A stretch of DNA of 32,000 nt. Origin: Lachnospiraceae bacterium (lineage in GTDB: Bacteria > Bacillota > Clostridia > Lachnospirales > Lachnospiraceae). Numbering within the stretch: the first letter of the stretch is position 1; every line of letters begins with the position of its first letter. The notes beneath the pieces are model-generated. The model was not told the DNA's origin. It saw nothing but the letters and a program-made list of their open reading frames with translations, and searched no databases. A program made the position numbers and the translations under genes. The DNA is taken from NCBI GenBank assembly GCA_015057115.1, contig SVEZ01000002.1:203456-235455 (forward strand), read 5' to 3'. Shown one piece after another: positions 1-7,088 of the stretch.

Positions 1-1054
1 CTTCTTCGTCGTATTCGTCTAAAATATTTCCAACAATCTCTTCCAGAATGTCTTCCATTGTAACCAGACCACTGGTCTGTCCATATTCATCCACCACAAT
101 AGCCATGTGATTCTTTTCTTCCTGCATGCTGTGGAAAAGATCGTTTAAGTTTCTTGTTTCCGGAATAAAGGATACCTCTCGAATTAATCCTTCAATATCA
201 CAGATTCTCATCTGTTCAATATTCTTATCCTTCATTCTTTCCATACAATCTCTGATATGTACCACACCGATTACATTATCCATATCATCCATGTAAACCG
301 GGAATCTGGAAATACTGTTCTCCAGCATAACATCCAGTGCTTCCGAAAAGGTGGATTCTCCGGATATCATAATCATATTCTTCCGATGCGTCATAATATC
401 CTGAGCATCCTTATTGGTAAACTCAAAAATATTATGAATCATTTCCGCTTCACTGCTTTCAATCAGCCCCTGCTCATGACCCTCATTAACCATAGAGATA
501 ATTTCCTCTTCAGAAACTTCATCCAGATTCTTGGATGGATCCACGCCGAAAATACGCACAAGAACCCGTGACACCAGAGCAATCAAGCCACGTATTGGTG
601 TCAAAATAACAATCATGCCACCACAAACAGCGGCTAGTCGATAGGCCGCCTTTTCTTCCTTGGCACCACCAATCTTCACTGCCGCAAATCCTATACTTAC
701 AAGCAGAAAATAGCCGACAAAGGCAACCAGTGCAACCAACACATAGTACCGATAGTCAGCAAACATGTCTGCCTCAAATTGAAGCAGGTTCTTTGCAATC
801 ACAGGTACACAGTACGCACCTGTCAACAAATACACAAGTCCCGTAGTCAAATGCAACGAACTGGTTACCAGGCCCATATGATCCAGATAATTCCGAATCC
901 GCTCCGCCTTCTTATTTCCATCCTCTGCATCTTCTATAACCTCGGTTTCATTCAGATTATCAAGGGCGCTGTAAAATGCAATCATTAGCCCATTCACAAT
1001 CAATAAAACAATAAAAACCAAAATACTTATAAGGGGACTCCCTCCACTTTCCAT
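1..1054 (-). CDS. Hemolysin-family / CNNM membrane protein (DUF21 TM region + CBS pair + CorC_HlyC-type C-terminus); 3' end cut by the window edge
   Basis: Absent from the ORF track because it runs off the window. Manual minus-strand translation from the ATG at 1054 gives MESGGSPLISILVFIVLLIVNG... (hydrophobic N-terminus) and ends ...HMAIVVDEYGQTSGLVTMEDILEEIVGNILDEYDEE. That stretch is characteristic of TlyC/CorC-type CBS proteins. Confidence 0.85.
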   Translation of the reverse strand, partial: MESGGSPLISILVFIVLLIVNGLMIAFYSALDNLNETEVIEDAEDGNKKAERIRNYLDHMGLVTSSLHLTTGLVYLLTGAYCVPVIAKNLLQFEADMFADYRYYVLVALVAFVGYFLLVSIGFAAVKIGGAKEEKAAYRLAAVCGGMIVILTPIRGLIALVSRVLVRIFGVDPSKNLDEVSEEEIISMVNEGHEQGLIESSEAEMIHNIFEFTNKDAQDIMTHRKNMIMISGESTFSEALDVMLENSISRFPVYMDDMDNVIGVVHIRDCMERMKDKNIEQMRICDIEGLIREVSFIPETRNLNDLFHSMQEEKNHMAIVVDEYGQTSGLVTMEDILEEIVGNILDEYDEE

Positions 1055-1136
1055 AGTAAATGAATTACTTCCTTTCTCGTAAATTTTGTCAAAGACCTCC
1101 TTGCAATATATCACATTTCCTGTGGTATCGTCAAGT

Positions 1137-1490
1137 TCATGAAGGAAGGTCCAAACTGATCTTCAGTGCTTTTTCTACTTTTTGAAGAATGGGAGTATCC
1201 AAATGACACACCTTATCCTTCAATCTCGCTTTATCAATGGTACGAACCTGTTCCAGCAAAATAACAGAATCCCGTTCCATTCCGTAATCCTTACTGCTCA
1301 CCTCTACATGGGTAGGCAGCTTTGCTTTTTTCATTTTTGAAGTTACCGCAGCACAGATCACCGTAGGGCTGTGCCGGTTTCCCACATTATTCTGCAATAT
1401 CAAAACCGGTCGTATCCCGCCCTGTTCAGAGCCTACCACCGGTCTTAAATCTGCGTAAAAAATATCGCCTCGCTTAACGGTCACAATCAT
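1137..1490 (-). CDS. mazF: Type II toxin MazF/PemK family endoribonuclease (EndoA-like)
   Basis: 117 aa. MIVTVKRGDIFYADLRPVVGSEQGGIRPVLILQNNVGNRHSPTVI...KLPTHVEV...ERDSVILLEQVRTIDKARL is near-colinear with Bacillus subtilis EndoA (NdoA) as I recall it. A GGGAGGG Shine-Dalgarno sits directly upstream. Confidence 0.9.
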   Translation of the reverse strand: MIVTVKRGDIFYADLRPVVGSEQGGIRPVLILQNNVGNRHSPTVICAAVTSKMKKAKLPTHVEVSSKDYGMERDSVILLEQVRTIDKARLKDKVCHLDTPILQKVEKALKISLDLPS

Positions 1491-1573
1491 CCCTCCCGGT
1501 TGCCTTTCTACCGGAAGTATTGACCAAACAGAACAATATTATACACTATCACACAGATTCAAACCCCTTAACC

Positions 1574-2218
1574 CTAAGTATCCAAAACTTCGCCGTCTTC
1601 TTCATACTTCAGGTCAAATACGTCAAGCATCTTCGGGCCAAGAATAGCATGCATATATGTATAAATTTCTTCATTCTTCTGCTCATCAGCCTGCTTGATG
1701 ATAATATTCTTCTTTAATTCCACGCGAATTCGTTTAATCCATGTACCGATTTCCTCAATTTCTGCTGCATTGGTCCGAAGTTTCTTATAGCAAAGATCCA
1801 TGCTATAGATCATCAGCATCTTATTGGCCTCATCAAGACTTCTTGGAATATCCAAAAGCTGGTCTTCGGCTTCTTCCATCTTCACATTAATTTCGTCAAT
1901 CAGCCGTTTATTCTCTTCCATTTTCTTCTGTCGAAGAGCGTCATTACCGTCAGAAGAGCCATCATCCATGTTATCCACAATGCTGTTCATCAAATTGGTC
2001 TTCAGCTTCTTTAAATCCTTTAAATCCTGATTCAGCTTGCCCTGCAACTTCAAAAGATCATTCACCTTGGTTTCCCATTCAGCTACCTCTTTTGATTTGC
2101 CGACACCCACAAACAAATGATGCCACTTTTCGTCCAATACAAGCAAAGGCACTTTTACATTTTCAAGTGCCTTTACAAATTCGCCGTTTTCAAGTTTACT
2201 CGTTTTTTTATCACTCAT
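1574..2218 (-). CDS. Hypothetical highly charged, probably coiled-coil protein (214 aa) with an acidic C-terminal tail
   Basis: Long ORF. Its ATG overlaps the rex stop codon by 8 nt (ATGAGTGA), suggesting translational coupling. It is K/E/D/L-rich with heptad-like stretches. I recognise no family. Confidence 0.7.
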   Translation of the reverse strand: MSDKKTSKLENGEFVKALENVKVPLLVLDEKWHHLFVGVGKSKEVAEWETKVNDLLKLQGKLNQDLKDLKKLKTNLMNSIVDNMDDGSSDGNDALRQKKMEENKRLIDEINVKMEEAEDQLLDIPRSLDEANKMLMIYSMDLCYKKLRTNAAEIEEIGTWIKRIRVELKKNIIIKQADEQKNEEIYTYMHAILGPKMLDVFDLKYEEDGEVLDT

Positions 2219-2858
2219 TTTCCTGATTTCTTGCCTGATTCTGAATCATGTTCAAAGTCAAACGCATTAAACTGTCGGATAAATGTACATCCTGTACCAC
2301 AACATCCTCACGTACAGTAAGGTCTACGTTTGCAAAATTCCACAGGGCTTTAATTCCCAAATCCTGCAGATGATTTGCGATTTCCTGAACATGTTCCTTT
2401 GGAATCGTAAGTGCTGCAATATCAATCTTATTGCTCTTTACAAAAGTATCCAACTCGGACATCATCATAATCTTCGCGCCGTTTACTTCCTGTCCTGCAA
2501 GTTTCTCATTAACATCGAAAATTCCTTTTACAAAAAATCCGTGCTTGTGGAAAGTCTGATGGCTTGCAAGGGCATGTCCCAGATTACCTCCACCGATAAT
2601 AATCAGATTATGAACCTGGTCAAGACCGAGAATCTTTCCAATCTCATCATGTAAGTACTGTACGTTATATCCATATCCCTGCTGTCCAAATCCTCCGAAA
2701 TTATTCAAGTCCTGTCGGATCTGTGACGCTGTCACATTCATTATTTCGCTTAACTCTGCGGAAGATATCCTTTCCGTCCCCTTCTCTAAAAGTTCACTCA
2801 GATATCTATAGTATCTTGGCATTCTCTTGATTACAACCTGAGAAATCTTTTTTTTCAT
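2211..2858 (-). CDS. rex: Redox-sensing transcriptional repressor Rex
   Basis: 215 aa. The N-terminal winged helix reads IKRMPRYYRYL...SSAELSE...TASQIRQDLNNFGGFGQQGYGYNV. The Rossmann motif reads IIIGGGNLGHAL. These are typical Rex features. Confidence 0.92.
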   Translation of the reverse strand: MKKKISQVVIKRMPRYYRYLSELLEKGTERISSAELSEIMNVTASQIRQDLNNFGGFGQQGYGYNVQYLHDEIGKILGLDQVHNLIIIGGGNLGHALASHQTFHKHGFFVKGIFDVNEKLAGQEVNGAKIMMMSELDTFVKSNKIDIAALTIPKEHVQEIANHLQDLGIKALWNFANVDLTVREDVVVQDVHLSDSLMRLTLNMIQNQARNQENE

Positions 2859-2906
2859 GGAATCGTCCTCCTAGAATAATATATATACTTGCATATTATA
2901 ATGCAA

Positions 2907-4814
2907 TTAAACCTGATTTGTCAATTCATCCCACTCATTATATAATGGTTCCAACTTCTGAGATATATCAAAATGTTTGGTCGCCAATTCATTTAATTTT
3001 GCGGAATTTGTTGCGATTGCCGGATCTGCCTGTTTTTCTTCAATCACAGAAAGTTCATCCTCCAACCGTCCTATTTCTTCTTCCACCTTGGAAATGGCAT
3101 TCTGCAATTTACGTTTTGCAGCGGCTTGTTTCTTCTGCTCCTGCCAATCTAACTGACCTTCCGAAACAGAATTGTCTGCTTTTTCCTGTTCTGCTTGGGT
3201 CTGTTGTCTTTCCGCTACCTTTTCCAGATAATAATCATAATTTCCTAGATAATTATATAACTTTTGGTCTCTTAATTCCAGTATTCTGGTTGCTGTACGA
3301 TTAATAAAATAACGGTCATGGGATACAAAAAGCACTGTTCCCGTATAATCGTTTAATGCACTTTCCAGAATCTCTTTGGACACAATATCCAAATGGTTGG
3401 TAGGCTCGTCCAAAAGCAAGAAATTGGCTTTGGAAAGCATAAGCTTCGCCAAAGACATTCGTCCGCGTTCTCCACCGCTTAAATCCTTGATTCGTTTAAA
3501 AACATCATCCTCGGTGAAAAGAAAGGCCCCCAAAACCGTACGAATACGGGTATTGGTCATGTCCGCATATTCATCTCCGATTTCATCAAAAAGAGTTTTA
3601 TCTTCGGATAAAAGCTGTTGCTCCTGATCGTAATATCCCGGGTTTACCTTTGTTCCAAATTTTACAGTTCCGGTCTCCGCTGCAAGAAGACCGTTTAAAA
3701 TTTTTAACAAGGTGGTTTTTCCGGTTCCGTTGGCTCCGATAATCGCCACCCGCTCCCCCTTTTTAATGTCCAAATCCACATGGGAGAAAAGATGCTTTTC
3801 GCCAAAGGACTTGCTTAAGTCCTCTGCATACAGCACATCCTTACCGCTTTCAATCCCCGGTTCCAATCGAAGGTGCATGTCCTGCCGTAATTCCACCGGT
3901 TTATCCAGTTTCTCCATCTTCTCAAGCTGTTTTTCACGGCTCTTGGCCTTTATAATGGCTGCTTCTGTCTTAAAGCTGCGGAAGGTTTTGATAACATTTT
4001 CCTGATGTTTAATTTCCGCCTGCTGTTCCAGATAATGCTTAATATAGACCGCTCTCGCTTCTTCCTTCTTTCGGGAATAATCGGAATAAGTCCCCTTATA
4101 TACCTTACTGACCTTATTCTCAATTTCTATTACCTTAGTAACAATGCGATCCAAAAAATATCGGTCATGAGATACGATTAATACCGCACCCTTATACCCT
4201 TTTAAATAGCCTTCCAGCCATTCAATAGATGCAATGTCCAAATGGTTGGTAGGCTCATCTAAAAGCAAGATATCCGGTTTACTAACCAAAAGCCTTGCAA
4301 GACCAACTCGGGTCTTCTGGCCTCCGGAAAGCTGTGATAAAGGCTTTTCAAATTCATCGTCCGTAAATCCAAGGCCTCGAATTACCGCTGTTGCCTCACC
4401 CCTAAAAGTAAAGCCGCCCTTCTCCTCAAATTCCTTCTGAAGCTGATGATAGTCCTCCATAAAGGCTTCCAACCTTTCATGGGGTATATCTTGCATCTGC
4501 TGTTCCATCTTACGGAGTCTGCCCTCCATTTCCAGAAGGTCTTCCCTTGCATGTAAAACCGCTCCATGGATGGTATCATTTAAATCCTTATCCTCGTGCT
4601 GTGCCAGATAGCCTACCGTCACGTCCTTACCGACAGTCACCTCTCCGGCATCCATGGAAATTTCTCCCATGATAATCTTTAATACCGTGCTCTTTCCGGC
4701 ACCATTCATTCCTACAATAGCAGCCTTCTCCTGCTCATTGATAAAGAATGAAACATCCTTTAAAATCACGTCTACGCCATACGCTTTTTCAATATGGTTA
4801 CATGATAAAATCAT
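2907..4814 (-). CDS. ABC-F family ATPase (two ABC cassettes plus a charged C-terminal coiled coil, no transmembrane domain)
   Basis: 635 aa. Two Walker A motifs (GMNGAGKST, GANGTGKTT). Two signature motifs (LSGGQKTRV, LSGGERGRM). Two Walker B motifs (LLLDEPTNHLD twice). There is an inter-domain linker, and a GGAG ribosome-binding site upstream. Confidence 0.9.
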   Translation of the reverse strand: MILSCNHIEKAYGVDVILKDVSFFINEQEKAAIVGMNGAGKSTVLKIIMGEISMDAGEVTVGKDVTVGYLAQHEDKDLNDTIHGAVLHAREDLLEMEGRLRKMEQQMQDIPHERLEAFMEDYHQLQKEFEEKGGFTFRGEATAVIRGLGFTDDEFEKPLSQLSGGQKTRVGLARLLVSKPDILLLDEPTNHLDIASIEWLEGYLKGYKGAVLIVSHDRYFLDRIVTKVIEIENKVSKVYKGTYSDYSRKKEEARAVYIKHYLEQQAEIKHQENVIKTFRSFKTEAAIIKAKSREKQLEKMEKLDKPVELRQDMHLRLEPGIESGKDVLYAEDLSKSFGEKHLFSHVDLDIKKGERVAIIGANGTGKTTLLKILNGLLAAETGTVKFGTKVNPGYYDQEQQLLSEDKTLFDEIGDEYADMTNTRIRTVLGAFLFTEDDVFKRIKDLSGGERGRMSLAKLMLSKANFLLLDEPTNHLDIVSKEILESALNDYTGTVLFVSHDRYFINRTATRILELRDQKLYNYLGNYDYYLEKVAERQQTQAEQEKADNSVSEGQLDWQEQKKQAAAKRKLQNAISKVEEEIGRLEDELSVIEEKQADPAIATNSAKLNELATKHFDISQKLEPLYNEWDELTNQV

Positions 4815-4826
4815 TGTTTCTCCTAA

Positions 4827-5876
4827 CTAATCCGTTATTACCGTAGTAGCTACTGCCACAAACGGATTCTCATTATATCCCTTCATAGACTTTACAAATA
4901 CCTTCTTCAGGCACACTTCTACAACCTCATGCATCAATCCCCGGATAAGCGGATTCTGCTCCGCATACACCATTTTGCCATTTAAGGCACTGTATGACGG
5001 ATCACATTGAAATCGAATTACATAACAACCTTCCGCCTGATCCACATTGGCAACCAGCTGATATCTTGCCAAAATAAATTTACATAAATGCGCCATCAGG
5101 AAAATGAAGAAAAAGATATCCTGTACCTTGGTCTGTGGAATATCCGCCTTTACATTCTTCTGAATAATCAAACTACTCTTGTTAGCTTCATTAAAAAACG
5201 CATCCTCCACTGCCTTCTTTCGTTCGGAAAACTCTTTCTGAGAAAAAACATATCCATTAATGTATTCCCTTACAATCTCCTGAACAAAATATTTCACACG
5301 AATATATTCTTCTTCCTTCAGTCCCTTCTGTTCACCCCAGGTCTTCAAATTGCCATGAACAATACCGCTAAAAACAGCATAAAGATTGGTATAGTCACGT
5401 CCGCGTTTAAAATTCTCACTTCGAAGTTTGTCAAATTCCTCAGCCAGATTCGTAGCTGAACCGTGAATACTTCCAACAAGTCCGTTGGCCAGTTTTCTTC
5501 TTTCATACTCTTTCATTCCACGCTCAATGGGCAAAATCAAATCCTCTGCCAATTTGAATGGTTTTAAAATAATCTCGAAAATATTGGCCTCATTCAGAAT
5601 CTCCAAAATCAGGTTAATATCAATAACCTCTGTCATCAGCACATGAACAAGGTTGGGGTGTGACAACCGATACATATCCGAAAATTCACTGGCATTGATG
5701 ATTCCCATTTCATCCTCGGTAATCACCACAGCAACCTCTTTCTCCGAAATCCATTCCATTGCCTGTTCGGGGAAGCTGGTATACCAGATTGTATATTTCT
5801 GTTCCAACCCATGCAACATATTTTTATATTTCTCCAGGGAGCCTTGATTCGGTTCCAAAATTACCACATCAGCCAT
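4827..5876 (-). CDS. Atypical receiver (REC)-like domain protein with an uncharacterised C-terminal domain of about 220 aa
   Basis: 349 aa. The N-terminus has a REC-like layout (VVILEP..., VVITEDEMG, HVLMTE, ILKPF). The usual N-terminal DD acidic pair is absent (EPNQ instead). A strong AGGAGG ribosome-binding site is present. The gene lies 12 nt upstream of the ABC-F gene. Confidence 0.65.
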   Translation of the reverse strand: MADVVILEPNQGSLEKYKNMLHGLEQKYTIWYTSFPEQAMEWISEKEVAVVITEDEMGIINASEFSDMYRLSHPNLVHVLMTEVIDINLILEILNEANIFEIILKPFKLAEDLILPIERGMKEYERRKLANGLVGSIHGSATNLAEEFDKLRSENFKRGRDYTNLYAVFSGIVHGNLKTWGEQKGLKEEEYIRVKYFVQEIVREYINGYVFSQKEFSERKKAVEDAFFNEANKSSLIIQKNVKADIPQTKVQDIFFFIFLMAHLCKFILARYQLVANVDQAEGCYVIRFQCDPSYSALNGKMVYAEQNPLIRGLMHEVVEVCLKKVFVKSMKGYNENPFVAVATTVITD

Positions 5877-5995
5877 ACTTTCCTCCTGTTATGAAAATAA
5901 AAAACGCAACAAAAGTCCATAAATCTGTTTCCATTATAGCACACTTTCCTCTCCGCTGCATACTATGAATTGTAAGAAACTTCAGGAGGCCTGTT

Positions 5996-6187
5996 ATGGG
6001 TGAATTAGCTGCTACAAATTGTGGATGTGGATGTGAAAACAACAATTCTTTATTGTGGGTAATCCTTCTGTTATCCTGCTGCAATAACGGAAATAATTCT
6101 ATTTCCTGCGGCACAGACGGTAACAACTGCGTATGGCTGATCCTGTTGTTGCTTCTTTGCAACAACGGCTGCAATTCCATTTTCTAG
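5996..6187 (+). CDS. Small Cys/Asn-rich peptide with two short hydrophobic segments (63 aa)
   Basis: AGGAGG at 5984-5989 lies 6 nt before the ATG. A strong hairpin with a T-run follows at 6202-6229. By my count the peptide has 9 Cys and 13 Asn. There is an internal duplication: LLWVILLLSCCNNGNNS versus CVWLILLLLLCNNGCNS. Confidence 0.6.
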   Translation: MGELAATNCGCGCENNNSLLWVILLLSCCNNGNNSISCGTDGNNCVWLILLLLLCNNGCNSIF

Positions 6188-6199
6188 CAGATGCAAATG

Positions 6200-6231
6200 A
6201 AAAAAAGGGGTGTTATTACCCCTTTTTTTCA
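6200..6231. terminator. Bidirectional rho-independent terminator
   Basis: AAAAAGGGG (6202-6210), then an 8-nt loop, then CCCCTTTTT (6219-6227). A-runs and T-runs flank both sides. It sits between convergent small genes. Confidence 0.7.
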
Positions 6232-6344
6232 TTTTTCTTTCCGCTTTTTTCCTGTGTTTTTCTTTTCTTATGTTTTGTAAAACGTTGCATACTCTCTTCA
6301 TCAATTTCGTACACACTGTTTCCCTTAACAACCAATTTTCCCAT
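6216..6344 (-). CDS. Possible small Lys-rich protein (42 aa), below the ORF-track length cutoff
   Basis: Manual translation gives MGKLVVKGNSVYEIDEESMQRFTKHKKRKTQEKSGKKNEKKG. An AAAAAGGAG ribosome-binding site lies 7 nt upstream of the ATG at 6344. The stop codon lies in the loop of the 6202-6227 terminator. Confidence 0.35.
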   Translation of the reverse strand: MGKLVVKGNSVYEIDEESMQRFTKHKKRKTQEKSGKKNEKKG

Positions 6345-6419
6345 ACTAAAACTCCTTTTTGTTATTCTATGAATAAATCAGTATTATCGTTCATATACTG
6401 AAAGAAAAATGGTTTATTC

Positions 6420-6767
6420 ATGGATGATACAACATTAAAAACAATGACTACCTTTGACAGTCTCATACAAAGCCGACACCTAATGATGTTAAAGGCTGCC
6501 ATTCCCTATCTTTCCGGTAGCGCAAAGAAAACCGTTTCCATCATCTGTAAATTTGTGGAATTACAAAAAACCGTAAAAATGAGTGGTGATGAAACCTCTG
6601 CCCTAAGCATGTGCAGCGCTCCCGCCGACGACGGAAATTCCGGCACGGTTATGATGTTAAAAGAAATCCGTCCCTATTGTTCTAAACAGGAACAGGAAAG
6701 CGTTGATTTTTTTATTGATGTATTCCAGATGTACGAAACCTACAGCAGTATGTTGAATGAAACATAG
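6420..6767 (+). CDS. Hypothetical small protein (115 aa)
   Basis: The ORF is followed 12 nt later by a second small ORF. The ribosome-binding site is weak. No family is recognised. Confidence 0.55.
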   Translation: MDDTTLKTMTTFDSLIQSRHLMMLKAAIPYLSGSAKKTVSIICKFVELQKTVKMSGDETSALSMCSAPADDGNSGTVMMLKEIRPYCSKQEQESVDFFIDVFQMYETYSSMLNET

Positions 6768-6779
6768 GAAAGGAGACAA

Positions 6780-7061
6780 ATGGACGATTCATTTTTTCAA
6801 AACAATCCGGCTTTGAAGGGCATATCTCCGCAAAAGCTGTCTTTCCTGACTGAATTTGCTAAAAAAAACGGTCAGACTAATCGCCAAGACTTACTCCCTT
6901 TACTTTTTGCAACATCCTCTGCTGCAAAAGAAAAAGGAATCCACTTTAGCGACGAAGAACGGTCGCTTATTATTTCCCTAATTCGGCAGCAATTATCCGA
7001 TTCCGAAGAACAAAAGCTTGACCGGATGCTGTCGATATTAAAAAGAGCAGGTGGCATTTAG
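6780..7061 (+). CDS. Hypothetical small helical protein (93 aa)
   Basis: A good ribosome-binding site is present (GGAAAGGAG, 4 nt before the ATG). A hairpin overlaps the 3' end. The C-terminal SxxEEQxxD stretch faintly resembles the preceding ORF. Confidence 0.62.
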   Translation: MDDSFFQNNPALKGISPQKLSFLTEFAKKNGQTNRQDLLPLLFATSSAAKEKGIHFSDEERSLIISLIRQQLSDSEEQKLDRMLSILKRAGGI

Positions 7062-7076
7062 CCTCCTGCTCTTTCA
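7040..7076. terminator. Hairpin terminator shared by the convergent 93-aa gene (+) and the EF-G paralog (-)
   Basis: AGAGCAGG (7044-7051) pairs with CCTGCTCT (7065-7072). The U-tract is better on the minus strand (TTTTTAATAT). Confidence 0.6.
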
Positions 7077-7088
7077 ATATTATCATTT

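Noticed and set aside
2918-4579. Several 60-130-aa ORFs in the track lie antisense to or out of frame with the ABC-F gene. Examples are 2918-3304, 3376-3627, 3712-4005, 4234-4440 and 4382-4579. Similar shadow ORFs sit inside rex, pheT, pheS, spoIID, HK, metG, the MCPs and other genes.
   Set aside because: They lie entirely within long ORFs that have strong family signatures. They lack ribosome-binding sites and have low-complexity or odd composition. These are typical shadow ORFs.
5996-6187. The idea that the Cys-rich peptide is a RiPP precursor, with the neighbouring ABC protein as its exporter.
   Set aside because: The adjacent ABC protein is an ABC-F type with no transmembrane domain, and it is divergently transcribed. 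No radical-SAM, LanM, cyclodehydratase, protease or permease gene lies nearby.
5869-6331. Minus-strand ORFs 5869-6180 (103 aa) and 6071-6331 (86 aa) overlap the Cys-rich peptide gene. The plus-strand ORFs 6133-6372 and 6210-6401 are also in this area.
   Set aside because: They are mirror or off-frame readings of the low-complexity Cys/Asn codon repeats and of the terminator. None has a ribosome-binding site. The plus-strand 63-aa ORF is the one with a consensus ribosome-binding site and a terminator.
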